The translations under genes and the position numbers were made by a program. From positions 1 to 55,100 of IMG/VR virus record IMGVR_UViG_3300045256_000036: a stretch of DNA of 55,100 nt. The stretch is one strand, 5' to 3'. Under the pieces are notes generated by a model, which ran no database searches, was not told where the DNA came from, and saw only the letters and a list, made by a program, of their open reading frames with translations. The stretch comes from a virus. Its lineage: Duplodnaviria > Caudoviricetes. Positions 36,349 to 45,494 of the stretch are shown piece by piece; the first letter of the stretch is position 1, and every line of letters begins with the position of its first letter.

Positions 36349-37434
36349 TTAGGCTTTAGGAACTTTGGTGATGAGATTCCTGTGCCCGAGATCCTCAAGA
36401 CTCCAGTTGTAAATCGTATGCTCCTTATGAAGGTAGCGGAACGATCTCCAACCCACCATAGGACCAACGTGAGCCCTCCTAGCTAAGGCCTCTAGCTGGT
36501 GTTCCGTAGGAGAGATGTGTAGAGGTATCTGTCCAGTAAGTCTTCCGTAAAGACTTGAGTCTTCATCAAACGTCGATAGCTTATCAGAATTGAACCTTGA
36601 CAAGTTAGACGTCCGGGCACATCTTGCCGCACTGATAATGCAAGCATTTCTCGTGCCTTCTGAGTAGCCGCAGTCTTCGATGAGCGCCTCGATCTCCTCG
36701 TAGCTAACTAGTGGAATGTGCCACCCACCGCAATGGACTATGTTAACCCATGCAGGTGTTTCTCTCCCGCAAGGAGTTGTTTTGGTGTCTGCTTGCCACT
36801 TGTGAGGCATGACTCCGAAGTAACAGATGGCAGCTAGTCGGGCCATCTCAAACATTTCAGGCTGTGCATCCTCATGCACTCGTAAGGCGAAGAAGTTATG
36901 CCACACATCTTCATGAGCCGTTACGATCTCTGTGACCCATTGGTATGGAGCTAACGGGCGATTAGCTATTTGCTTGTGCGCTCCAGCAGCCAGCATGATC
37001 TTGGATGCTAGGATAGCACTACGTCTACCCAGAGCCCATCCGAACTTTGCCACTAGAAGCCGAAGCCCGGAAAGCTCACTCTTGGATTGCATACCGGGGT
37101 TGTTAGCTCCCCAGAAGATAGGTGCGCATTTGTCTTCAGCTACCATCTTCAGGATCTTGTGAGTAGGTATTGCTCTGTTCGATGCAACGCTCCTGCTCTT
37201 ACCCCTGTGCCTGCAAGCTTCGGCGTGAACCATAAGAGGATAACGCCATAGCATCGTAGTGACTCTGTCGCCTGTGTTAGCGTTAATAGAGTCAGCTAAC
37301 GTTCTGCATTGGTAGCCTCTACCTGACTCAGTCACGACTGCAGGCAGTAATCCGAAAGGACCAGGCAGCCAGTCTGTAACGTGTGTTACTTTCCTGACCG
37401 GACCAGTATCAACTTGCCAAGGCAAAGAGCTCAT
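36349..37434 (-). CDS. thyX: flavin-dependent thymidylate synthase
   Basis: RHR-X7-SxR motif (RHRGKSRSVASNR), HKQIANR, NFFALR...AQPE, SAARCAR, HISPTEHQ. Confidence 0.85.
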   Translation of the reverse strand: MSSLPWQVDTGPVRKVTHVTDWLPGPFGLLPAVVTESGRGYQCRTLADSINANTGDRVTTMLWRYPLMVHAEACRHRGKSRSVASNRAIPTHKILKMVAEDKCAPIFWGANNPGMQSKSELSGLRLLVAKFGWALGRRSAILASKIMLAAGAHKQIANRPLAPYQWVTEIVTAHEDVWHNFFALRVHEDAQPEMFEMARLAAICYFGVMPHKWQADTKTTPCGRETPAWVNIVHCGGWHIPLVSYEEIEALIEDCGYSEGTRNACIISAARCARTSNLSRFNSDKLSTFDEDSSLYGRLTGQIPLHISPTEHQLEALARRAHVGPMVGWRSFRYLHKEHTIYNWSLEDLGHRNLITKVPKA

Positions 37435-37697
37435 TCGGGCTTCCTCCTTCTCCCTCTAGCAGTGCCTTCTCTTATCGAGAGGCAATGGTTGCAGATCCAT
37501 CTATGTGTAGGGTAGTCAGGATAGGCTCTGTCGAGCGTTTCCTTATCCCAGTTACGTTGTTTGCACTCCTTACACTTAGGATCAAATAAGTTGACAATCT
37601 TCAGTGGTCCTAACAACAAGACTACAAAGAACGCTGCGTTGTGAATCTTCATAACAACCTCAAAGCTAGGTGTGCTACGGAGAAGCCACACAAGCAC
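37431..37697 (-). CDS. membrane-anchored Zn-ribbon protein
   Basis: TM segment plus CKEC...CNHC; start uncertain. Confidence 0.45.
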   Translation of the reverse strand: MLVWLLRSTPSFEVVMKIHNAAFFVVLLLGPLKIVNLFDPKCKECKQRNWDKETLDRAYPDYPTHRWICNHCLSIREGTARGRRRKPE

Positions 37698-37745
37698 AAC
37701 AATAAGAACACGATGAAGCTTAACAACTTGTCGTCTTCTGTCATC

Positions 37746-38741
37746 TCAGTCTAGTCCTTCAACATTTCTAACCTCTTGAAGATGTTGTAGGATGACTTCG
37801 AGCCCTACGTGCTTGGGGATCCTAGGACTCCACTGAAGCAATTTGTTGACCTTGACTAGGTTACTGCAATAGTGACGCTGATCATAAGGTCTCCAGCTGT
37901 CATACTCTACTAGAGGATAGTCAGCTAGTAGTTCCTTCACCGTCAGGACGTTATCGGGACCTCCTCCGATGTTGAACGTCTGCCCTATAGAACGCTCAGG
38001 CTGGTTCATGATCTCTCCAAACAACCGGACAAGATCATCAATGTAAAGAATGTCTCTACCTTGAAGGCCGTTGCCATACACAGTGATAGGTTCTCGCCTT
38101 ATCATTCTATCTATCATGTATGACACCCAGCCTTGATGTGTAGATCCCCTCTGCAATGGACCGTAGATGCAGCTCATTCTCAGGACAGTTATCGGAACTT
38201 GAAAGCTCCTGTAGAACTCGTTGCAGTACAGCTCTGCACAGTATTTAGACACACCATAAGGTGTCTTAGGGTTAGCTGGATAGTCTTCAGCTATTGACTT
38301 ACTGATACATTCAGACAAGTCTCCGTACACCTTGTTAGAGGATGTAAAGATGACGTGAGGCTTTCTCTCAGGCACACGGCACAGCGACAATAGAAGGAAC
38401 GTCATAGAGACGTTACTAGTGAAGTCAGTTGCGGGCTTCTCATAACTCTTGGTGACTGCTGTCTGCCCTGCCAGATGGAAAACGTAGTCATAGACTCCCG
38501 CCTCGATGATGTCAGCAACCTGTCCTAGTCGAGTGAACCATGACAACTGTTTCTTACTTACAGGCTCCTTCTTCATGAAGACTTCATCAACGTAAGCCTG
38601 ATTGAGTTCACTACCCGGTTTAGAAAGATCATCGACTATCGTAACCTTGTGACCCTTCTTAAGAAGGTCCATAACTAGGTTACTGCCAATGAACCCATAA
38701 CCCCCAGTGACTAGGATTTGCTGTGGGTTGTGTGTGCTCAT
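37746..38741 (-). CDS. NAD-dependent nucleotide-sugar epimerase/dehydratase (CDP-paratose 2-epimerase-like)
   Basis: TGGYGFIG, HLAGQTAVTKS, SSNKVYG, YGVSK, RMSCIYGP.Q....QGWV, RDILYIDD. Confidence 0.9.
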   Translation of the reverse strand: MSTHNPQQILVTGGYGFIGSNLVMDLLKKGHKVTIVDDLSKPGSELNQAYVDEVFMKKEPVSKKQLSWFTRLGQVADIIEAGVYDYVFHLAGQTAVTKSYEKPATDFTSNVSMTFLLLSLCRVPERKPHVIFTSSNKVYGDLSECISKSIAEDYPANPKTPYGVSKYCAELYCNEFYRSFQVPITVLRMSCIYGPLQRGSTHQGWVSYMIDRMIRREPITVYGNGLQGRDILYIDDLVRLFGEIMNQPERSIGQTFNIGGGPDNVLTVKELLADYPLVEYDSWRPYDQRHYCSNLVKVNKLLQWSPRIPKHVGLEVILQHLQEVRNVEGLD

Positions 38742-41311
38742 GCGAACATCCTCCTCTTGAAGTTCTTCTTACCGTGCCAGTGAACACGGTGGACTCCATC
38801 ATCGTCAAGCTCTGCTTCTACTTCAAGCATGGCTCCCCATTTCATACCTGCTTTGAACTCAGCCTCCATAGGAACAGCATCTCCCAACCAATACTGTCCC
38901 CACTTGAAGAAGCTGTTCCTGATACAAGACATCGTATTGATGATTACAGCTTCATTCATAGGCAAGTCAAACAACAAGGAGTCATGAACGAAGTTGATGA
39001 TCAAACCACCCTGCAGGTAGATTGCTCTCCTATTCTCTGCAGCTGCCATTGCTGTGATGTCTGAAGCAGGTCCCTGGATAGGATGGTTAGCTGCTTCATT
39101 CTGCATCGACTGAAGCATGTGCTCCGTTACGACTCCGAACCTTCGTCTCCTGTTATTAGGAGCTACAAGAACCTTACCTGCAGCAGGATGCTCTCGGTAG
39201 CTTCTGATAGTAGCCATCGCAACAGGGAACTTGATATCCCACATCTCGATCAGACTCTCTGCCTGATCCATCTTAAGCCTCTTGTCAGGTGGAATGTTGT
39301 CGTGACCATACTCCATGACTAGACTATGAGCTGTTCTTCCATACATTACACCAAAGTTAACTGCCTTAGCCCTGATGTAGTCATCCTTAGTGTAATTGTT
39401 TCCGTAGAAGTCTACAGCTACCTCGTGGTGTAGGTTTCTTCCCTCGTTCAGAATCGCACACAGCTCAGGGTCTCTAGACACATTTGCTAAGACTCTGATC
39501 TCAGCACTCTTCAGGTCACACTCAAGTAGGATGCGTCGTGCCTTCCTAATAGAATCTGGAAGGCTCATCCAATGATCTACGCTACCTGTGAGAACGGCGA
39601 ATAGATGAGGGAAGAGCTGCTGCACCATCCAAGCTGGTGTTGCCTGCACCATGTTCCTGAAGATGTTTTTACGAGGCACATTCTGAGCATTGGGTTGCTT
39701 GCACGACGACCTACCCGTACCCGTTCTATGTACGTTGTAAGTTGGGTGGATACGTCTTGTTCTACGATCGAGAGCTCTTGCCCATCCTTCTGCATAAGTT
39801 GACCTCGCATGTCTGGCAGCTTTGAAATCCAAATGGGCATAGATCACAGGGTGCGGATCCATCGCCTTGAGAGTATCCTTAGCTGTGTCCTGTTTGTATC
39901 TTCTAGGGACCTTAAACTTGAAGACCTCGTAGAAGAGCCAACTGACTTGTTTAGGACTGTCAGGATTGATCTCTGGAACAGGCTCTCCCCTCTTACCGTG
40001 TTGAGTGTTATGCCAGTTGTCTCGGATGACTTGCTGGTAACGATCGTAGGCTTCTCTTACCTTACCATCAAGAAGGCTCCATACCTTATTGATCTGATCT
40101 GGATTAGCGTACATTCCAGTCAGCTCCATGTCGATGAAGAAGTCATTCATCTGAAGGAGCTGTGTCTCGTATAGTTCTCTTAAGCCTTCGTTACCCTTAG
40201 CGTCGAGACGCTTCTCGAATATGTCTCGTAGCTGACCACCAAAGTCAGTGTCTTCAGCACAATACTTATACATTGTGGCTAAAGGACAGTTCCTCCAGCC
40301 TACTTTCTTCCAGCTGTCGACTTCTTTCTTGTAGTCTCTAGCACCTATCTCTACGACAGATAAATGCTCAAGGTCATGTGAAGAAGTTTCATCCAGGGCA
40401 TAATGCCTAAGCAATGTGTCTCCATCGACACGGGCTCTCACTAAACGCCATCTGAAGAACTTAACGTCGAACTTGCCATGATGCCAATCCCATCTGAAGT
40501 AACTCGACTCCATAAGTTGCTTGACTAGCTTATGCCAGATCAAACTTTCTGGAACTAGAATGACTTTGTTCTTCTCCCAGTTAAGAGCCATACACTTGAC
40601 TGTATTACTTCTGGGAGAGAAACCGTCAGTTTCAATATCTGCCGTTATCCAAGAACCCTTAGGCTTGGAACTGATTAAGCCTTTGAGTGTCTGTCCGATG
40701 TTGTCCTTCGTGACAACGAAGTACTCTGTGGTGCCTGGATCTTTCCTGAGCGATCTGCCAGTAGCTAGTTCTACAGCGTACAACAGACCGGCTTGCATGG
40801 CTTTGAAGTCTCCAGGCTTACGAAGTACAGCAGCTGGATGAACTGTAGGCACTACAATACACTTCCAACTCTGACCTCCGACTTCAAAGGTAGCATCAAT
40901 AGCCATAGCATTGATTGCTGTGATGCTAGGCTTGGCCATGTTAAGAAGGGAGATAACAGCATTGTTACCTAAGGCAGCTATGACCTTAGGCTTCTCTGCT
41001 ATTATCTCCCTGAAGAGTCTAGTGCGGCAGTGGGCAATAGCTTCGAAGTCTTCTTTCCCTGTAGGCGTCTTACATTGAACAGCGTTGGACGCACTGATCC
41101 TTATGTCTCCGCTCTTAAGTCCGAAGCCTGCTAACGTTCTCTTTAGGACATAACCCGATGGCCCCGTAAACGGTTTGCCCTTAACAACCTCGTCAGCTCC
41201 AGGAGCTTGACCTACGAGCATGAGGTCACAGCCACCAGCTAACGACGCTGGAACTATTCTAGCTCTGTCGCCCCAAGGACAATTCTGACAACGCTGACCA
41301 CTGCAAGCCAT
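38738..41311 (-). CDS. polA: family A DNA polymerase with N-terminal family-4 uracil-DNA-glycosylase domain and 3'-5' exonuclease
   Basis: UDG4: CQNC, GQAPG, PFTGPSG, HPAAVLR; Exo: DIETDG, GKFD, YCAED; Pol: TGRSS..PNAQNVP, DLKSAEIR, KAVNFGVMYG, VHDS. Confidence 0.95.
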   Translation of the reverse strand: MACSGQRCQNCPWGDRARIVPASLAGGCDLMLVGQAPGADEVVKGKPFTGPSGYVLKRTLAGFGLKSGDIRISASNAVQCKTPTGKEDFEAIAHCRTRLFREIIAEKPKVIAALGNNAVISLLNMAKPSITAINAMAIDATFEVGGQSWKCIVVPTVHPAAVLRKPGDFKAMQAGLLYAVELATGRSLRKDPGTTEYFVVTKDNIGQTLKGLISSKPKGSWITADIETDGFSPRSNTVKCMALNWEKNKVILVPESLIWHKLVKQLMESSYFRWDWHHGKFDVKFFRWRLVRARVDGDTLLRHYALDETSSHDLEHLSVVEIGARDYKKEVDSWKKVGWRNCPLATMYKYCAEDTDFGGQLRDIFEKRLDAKGNEGLRELYETQLLQMNDFFIDMELTGMYANPDQINKVWSLLDGKVREAYDRYQQVIRDNWHNTQHGKRGEPVPEINPDSPKQVSWLFYEVFKFKVPRRYKQDTAKDTLKAMDPHPVIYAHLDFKAARHARSTYAEGWARALDRRTRRIHPTYNVHRTGTGRSSCKQPNAQNVPRKNIFRNMVQATPAWMVQQLFPHLFAVLTGSVDHWMSLPDSIRKARRILLECDLKSAEIRVLANVSRDPELCAILNEGRNLHHEVAVDFYGNNYTKDDYIRAKAVNFGVMYGRTAHSLVMEYGHDNIPPDKRLKMDQAESLIEMWDIKFPVAMATIRSYREHPAAGKVLVAPNNRRRRFGVVTEHMLQSMQNEAANHPIQGPASDITAMAAAENRRAIYLQGGLIINFVHDSLLFDLPMNEAVIINTMSCIRNSFFKWGQYWLGDAVPMEAEFKAGMKWGAMLEVEAELDDDGVHRVHWHGKKNFKRRMFA

Positions 41312-41349
41312 TTAGCTTCTCCTGCCCAGCCCAGCCTCGCAATACGATG

Positions 41350-42126
41350 CTACGCTATGACTCTACGCACCCAGTGAAGATTGTACTCTACCTCATTAGT
41401 AATAGGCCAATCTTTGTCAAGCCAGTCTTCAGGCCTGCGAGGACACACTCTCGGGAATGTGTTGATTCTCTTGAAGGCACATCCCATACGCAGAGGCTCG
41501 GAGCTATCAATACCAATAACTCCAACAGGAAAGCTCTCACGCTTTGAGAACATATTAGCCGTTGCTAGGTCGTCGATCAGATCGTCCGAGAATCCTAACA
41601 AGTGGATGTCCTTGCCAAACTCAGAGATGATCCTTTCAGTGATGAACACTCTAGAGCCTAGCACTTCCTTTGTGACTCTTGGAATGGAAAGGTAATGACA
41701 ACCTAACCCAACCAAACCCTCAGCACATTTCATGTACTCGTCTTCTGTTTTACCCTGGACAACTCCAAGAAAGTCGAACCAATCCCTGCACACGGCTGTG
41801 TACTCCTGCATAGCTGCCTTACTCATCTCAAACGTCTGAGACATATCAGTCAGCTTGTCAGGAAGTACAATGCAATCAGCAGCTACATGAACAGCAGCAT
41901 TTACTACTTCCTGAACTGATAGCGGACGCCCTAGTTCGATGAGACTATTATCCATAATGATAAAGTCCTCACCTCGTTCAGTTAGTCTCCTCTGAAAGAA
42001 GCTTCCCCATCCTTGAGGATCTTCCAGGATCTTGTGAGCAAGGAGTAAATGATAGTCGCCCAAGAGATCTTTCTCGTCGAGCGACTTCATCATTGCAAGT
42101 GATGCAATCGGTGCAAACTTTGCCAT
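41350..42126 (-). CDS. dpdA: TGT-fold DNA 7-deazaguanine transglycosylase (DpdA-like)
   Basis: TIM-barrel TGT-like motifs IIMDNS, VLPD, GVVQG, IHLLG, GIDSS; next to folE/queE/queD/queC and the polymerase. Confidence 0.7.
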   Translation of the reverse strand: MAKFAPIASLAMMKSLDEKDLLGDYHLLLAHKILEDPQGWGSFFQRRLTERGEDFIIMDNSLIELGRPLSVQEVVNAAVHVAADCIVLPDKLTDMSQTFEMSKAAMQEYTAVCRDWFDFLGVVQGKTEDEYMKCAEGLVGLGCHYLSIPRVTKEVLGSRVFITERIISEFGKDIHLLGFSDDLIDDLATANMFSKRESFPVGVIGIDSSEPLRMGCAFKRINTFPRVCPRRPEDWLDKDWPITNEVEYNLHWVRRVIA

Positions 42127-42173
42127 CGTTAGCCTTTCTCTAGCAAAGTGGAACAGTTGCTTTCTCCAAGATA

Positions 42174-42203
42174 ATTATAGCACATTACTTATGGAGAAAG
42201 CAG
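42174..42203 (-). promoter_or_regulatory. promoter with CTCCAT box upstream of dpdA-like gene
   Basis: ctgctt-tctccataagtaatgtgc-tataat, 18-bp spacer. Confidence 0.65.
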
Positions 42204-42223
42204 GCATTGTTCGGGAGGAAGAA

Positions 42224-42481
42224 TTAGGCAGGGTTGCATACGCAATCAATCAGGGTTTTCCTGCACTGACTGCATACACCCAGGTTGAGCTGCGCTGTGC
42301 CATCCGGCCCCGGGGAAACAGCTAATGGCGGCTCGCGGTGTTTATGAGTGCGCGGTTTGCGAATTGAGACGCCCTCAATCTCCTTATCGAAGACTTGGTC
42401 GATCTTCTTCATCGCTGCTTCATAAGAATCGGCTTCAGCCTCAAACGCAACAAGTCGAGTGATCGAGAACCGCATCGGCAT
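42224..42481 (-). CDS. small protein with C-terminal Cys cluster
   Basis: CSQC...DCVC; GGAG RBS. Confidence 0.55.
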   Translation of the reverse strand: MPMRFSITRLVAFEAEADSYEAAMKKIDQVFDKEIEGVSIRKPRTHKHREPPLAVSPGPDGTAQLNLGVCSQCRKTLIDCVCNPA

Positions 42482-42499
42482 TTTCGGGACTCCGTATTG

Positions 42500-43084
42500 T
42501 TAATAGAGACGAACCTCCCAGAAGATTGTGTTGAGTCCTAGTGTCCCGACTCCTGTGCTGTAGATCGAGAACTCAACTACATGATCGGGAAAGTCGTCGA
42601 GAAGAGTATTGAACCATTCCCAGGACTCGGGATCCATTCGTTCCTTAATTAAAAGGACGGCTGTGATTCCCGAATACTTCTTGAAGAGTGGTTGTGCCTC
42701 ACGCATGTTCTTATGAGGCGTTAACGTCGCGTCGAGTGTTATATACTCGTCAGATCTCACAGCAAAGCCCTGCATCAGGCATTTGTGATCAGGCATCATG
42801 ACAGAGTACTGCAACTCGTCGGGACGGAATCCTGTTGCCGTTAGCTGTTTCGTTTCGGCCGTTACAGCAGCTGCATCCAGGTAGGGAAGGAAGGGACCTC
42901 TCGGCCCCCTCCTTGTTCGTATAGCACACAACTTCCCTGGATGCTCTTCCAGATACTTGAGGATCTCTGGAAGCGTATCGAACCCTGGAGAAGTGTTGCC
43001 TAGTCTTCCTCTATGAAGAAGATCGTACATCAGCTTCTTGGTTCGGATCGTAGGAGGTAATTCGTGGCTATTTGGTTGCGGCAT
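42500..43084 (-). CDS. hypothetical protein, possibly degenerate ATP-grasp fold
   Basis: K..MY...GN, AIR, VVEFS...G....TIFWEVR pattern; fold call is weak. Confidence 0.45.
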   Translation of the reverse strand: MPQPNSHELPPTIRTKKLMYDLLHRGRLGNTSPGFDTLPEILKYLEEHPGKLCAIRTRRGPRGPFLPYLDAAAVTAETKQLTATGFRPDELQYSVMMPDHKCLMQGFAVRSDEYITLDATLTPHKNMREAQPLFKKYSGITAVLLIKERMDPESWEWFNTLLDDFPDHVVEFSIYSTGVGTLGLNTIFWEVRLY

Positions 43085-43274
43085 AGTGGAAGTTATTCCT
43101 TCTGGCCAACTCGCAGACCTTTTGAGCTACGTCGTCCTCAAGTACAACTCCTACAGAGGCAGCTCCGGAATCTCTAATCTCCCTACCAATACGTACCTTC
43201 GATTGGAAGTCGATAGCTTCGATCTCTTTGTCTAGGAGCTGCCAGTAAGTCCTGTCCATGACTACTCTAGTCAT
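43068..43274 (-). CDS. hypothetical protein
   Basis: GAGGT RBS before MTRVVMDRT; the longer start in the track overlaps folE. Confidence 0.55.
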   Translation of the reverse strand: MTRVVMDRTYWQLLDKEIEAIDFQSKVRIGREIRDSGAASVGVVLEDDVAQKVCELARRNNFHYAATK

Positions 43275-43279
43275 GAATT

Positions 43280-44188
43280 CTACCTCAGTGCGATGAGTGA
43301 AAGGAACTCTGTCCTTGCGTGTGGGACGTCTCTGAACACACCTCTGATGGCTGATGTCGTTGTGGTTACGCCTTGAACCGAAACTCCTCGAACCACCATG
43401 CATGTGTGTACGATGTGATCTGCTACTACGATAACGCCTTTTGGTTTCAGGACACGTTCGATAGTGTCTGCTATCTCGTTAGTTAAGCGTTCTTGGATGC
43501 TGGGACGAATCCTACCAGCAGCCGACACCAGTCTCTGCATCTTGCTCAGTCCAACCACATTTCCATTTGGGATGTAGCCAATGTGCATCTTCCCAAAGAA
43601 CGGACAGAAGTGATGCTCGCACAGCGCTCCAAATTGTAGGTCGTTGAGGATGACCATCTCATTGGACTTCTCGTAATGAGCGAAGCTCTTCAGGAGTTTG
43701 TCTAGATTACAGGGTTGTCTGAACTCTTGAAGGAACCTAGCAACTCTTTCGGGCGTCTCACTTAGTCCTGGCTCGGATGCAGGATCGAGATCAAGCATCC
43801 TCATCATCTCTCGGAAGTTAGAAGTTAGTTGCTTCTTGACAGCCGAGGCCTGTGCTTCGTCTGAATTCACAAAGTAGTCTTCAGCTCTTACTTCAAAGGC
43901 ATCTTCGTCTTCGTCTTCGTCTTCTGTCTCGTCGGAGTTGATCCTCAACTTACCTGTCGCGATCATGTTTCTCATGCCATCAAGCTCTTGAAGTTGCCTC
44001 TTCAGATCTTTATCAGCTATAGAAGGATCGATCACACGTGATCTGACATCAAGATCTTGGATGAAGTCGAACCCAGCAAAGCTTTGCCTGCAGTTGTGGC
44101 ATTCGTACGTTTGAGTAGGACCTGCTTTGAGTATGTCCCACAACGAGAACTCCCTTGGAACGCTGCGGCATTCTGGACAGCCTAGCAT
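43280..44188 (-). CDS. folE: GTP cyclohydrolase I with N-terminal Zn-ribbon/acidic extension
   Basis: ETPERVAR, CEHHFCPF, YIP, GLSK, IQERLT, HTCMVVRGV. Confidence 0.95.
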   Translation of the reverse strand: MLGCPECRSVPREFSLWDILKAGPTQTYECHNCRQSFAGFDFIQDLDVRSRVIDPSIADKDLKRQLQELDGMRNMIATGKLRINSDETEDEDEDEDAFEVRAEDYFVNSDEAQASAVKKQLTSNFREMMRMLDLDPASEPGLSETPERVARFLQEFRQPCNLDKLLKSFAHYEKSNEMVILNDLQFGALCEHHFCPFFGKMHIGYIPNGNVVGLSKMQRLVSAAGRIRPSIQERLTNEIADTIERVLKPKGVIVVADHIVHTCMVVRGVSVQGVTTTTSAIRGVFRDVPHARTEFLSLIALR

Positions 44189-44194
44189 GATGAC

Positions 44195-44971
44195 CTAAAC
44201 TCCTTTTCCGTGGCCGAAGAGATACAGATGTAATTGAGGAAGAACTCTAGCTCTCGGGAACTTGTCCGACTCTAGAGCCTTCTGTGTAAGGAATCTGTAG
44301 TCGGCAAGCATGTGCGAGACTGTAGGTCCGGAGTTGGGGTCCTTCCAAATTTTACCTTTGAAGGCTGTTCCACACTGGATGTAGAAGGGAACTAGATGTG
44401 CATACTTGTCGTGCACTTTCACTGCCCATTCTAAGTCGGCAGGCTCGTAAGGAAATACTACTACCTTCAGAGCAACCTCTCGCCTTAAGTCCATGACAAG
44501 CCTCTGGACTACATCCCAGTTGTTTCTTTCTGACATGCCTGACGACGGTGGCTTAGGACTCAGTACTATCTGATCGCAGTTCTCTAACCATGATCTGTAG
44601 ATAGTTCCTTGAGTCTCGACAGCTATCTCGAAGTCTGGTCTGAGCTCTCTGATCAGTTCCCATCCAGCTTTGTCGTTGAGTAGTGCTGGATTTCCTCCGC
44701 TTAAGGTAATCCATGCAGCTGAAGATATGTCATCTAGTCGATAAATCTCTTCAACGATCTGTGGAACTGTCATGCGCTTGTTGTTCTCTGGCTTCTTAAT
44801 TTCCTCAGGCAATACAGCACTGAGTGAATCACACCAGTCACATCTGAAGTCGCATCCGTTGAACCGAATGAAATGAGTGAGGGCCCCTGCTAGAGGACCC
44901 TCACCCTGAACAGTCGGTCCAAAGATCTCATTCACGGAATACGTTCTTTCCGTTTCGATCTTGGCCAACAT
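44195..44971 (-). CDS. queE: 7-carboxy-7-deazaguanine synthase (radical SAM)
   Basis: EIFGPTVQGEG, FIRFNGCDFRCDWCD, LSGGNP, VETQG, LSPKPPSS, PQLH. Confidence 0.95.
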   Translation of the reverse strand: MLAKIETERTYSVNEIFGPTVQGEGPLAGALTHFIRFNGCDFRCDWCDSLSAVLPEEIKKPENNKRMTVPQIVEEIYRLDDISSAAWITLSGGNPALLNDKAGWELIRELRPDFEIAVETQGTIYRSWLENCDQIVLSPKPPSSGMSERNNWDVVQRLVMDLRREVALKVVVFPYEPADLEWAVKVHDKYAHLVPFYIQCGTAFKGKIWKDPNSGPTVSHMLADYRFLTQKALESDKFPRARVLPQLHLYLFGHGKGV

Positions 44972-44999
44972 TGTTTCCGCCTTGTTCTTTCTTGAGCTG

Positions 45000-45494
45000 T
45001 TAGTCGGTTAGCGTATCGGACTCATCAAGTCCTGCGTAAGCAGCGAAGTCTTCGTAGGTTACCTTAACGCTACTCTTCCTAGTCTCCGAAACTACGACGT
45101 AGTCTAGTAGATCTCCGAAAGCTAGGTAGAGCTTGTCGAATGTCCAGTAGGCTACGTTTTCAGTAGTAGGAGGATAGTAAGGAGAGTCCGGCTCGATTAC
45201 ATCGTTGATGATGCGATGATCGAGCTCGTCGATAACCTTAGACATGATCGTATCTTCAGCTGCATCGAAGTCGATGAGCATACCCTGACTAGGTCCAGGT
45301 GTCTCCTGAATATAGCCAGCAAGACCGATCGTGAACTTGTAGTTATGACCGTGGACTCTCCTACACTTACCTTCGTGTTCGGGAAGGTTGTGTGCGCAGT
45401 TAGCTTCGTAGGTAAGCTCAACTGTTGCGTACCTCGGATTAGTCTCCTCGCTGTCGTTGCGTGTTGTATTGTTGCTAACGGTTTCAGAGCTCAT
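45000..45494 (-). CDS. queD: 6-carboxy-5,6,7,8-tetrahydropterin synthase
   Basis: AHNL...CRRVHGHNY, GMLIDF, LDH, TTEN, VSET. Confidence 0.95.
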   Translation of the reverse strand: MSSETVSNNTTRNDSEETNPRYATVELTYEANCAHNLPEHEGKCRRVHGHNYKFTIGLAGYIQETPGPSQGMLIDFDAAEDTIMSKVIDELDHRIINDVIEPDSPYYPPTTENVAYWTFDKLYLAFGDLLDYVVVSETRKSSVKVTYEDFAAYAGLDESDTLTD

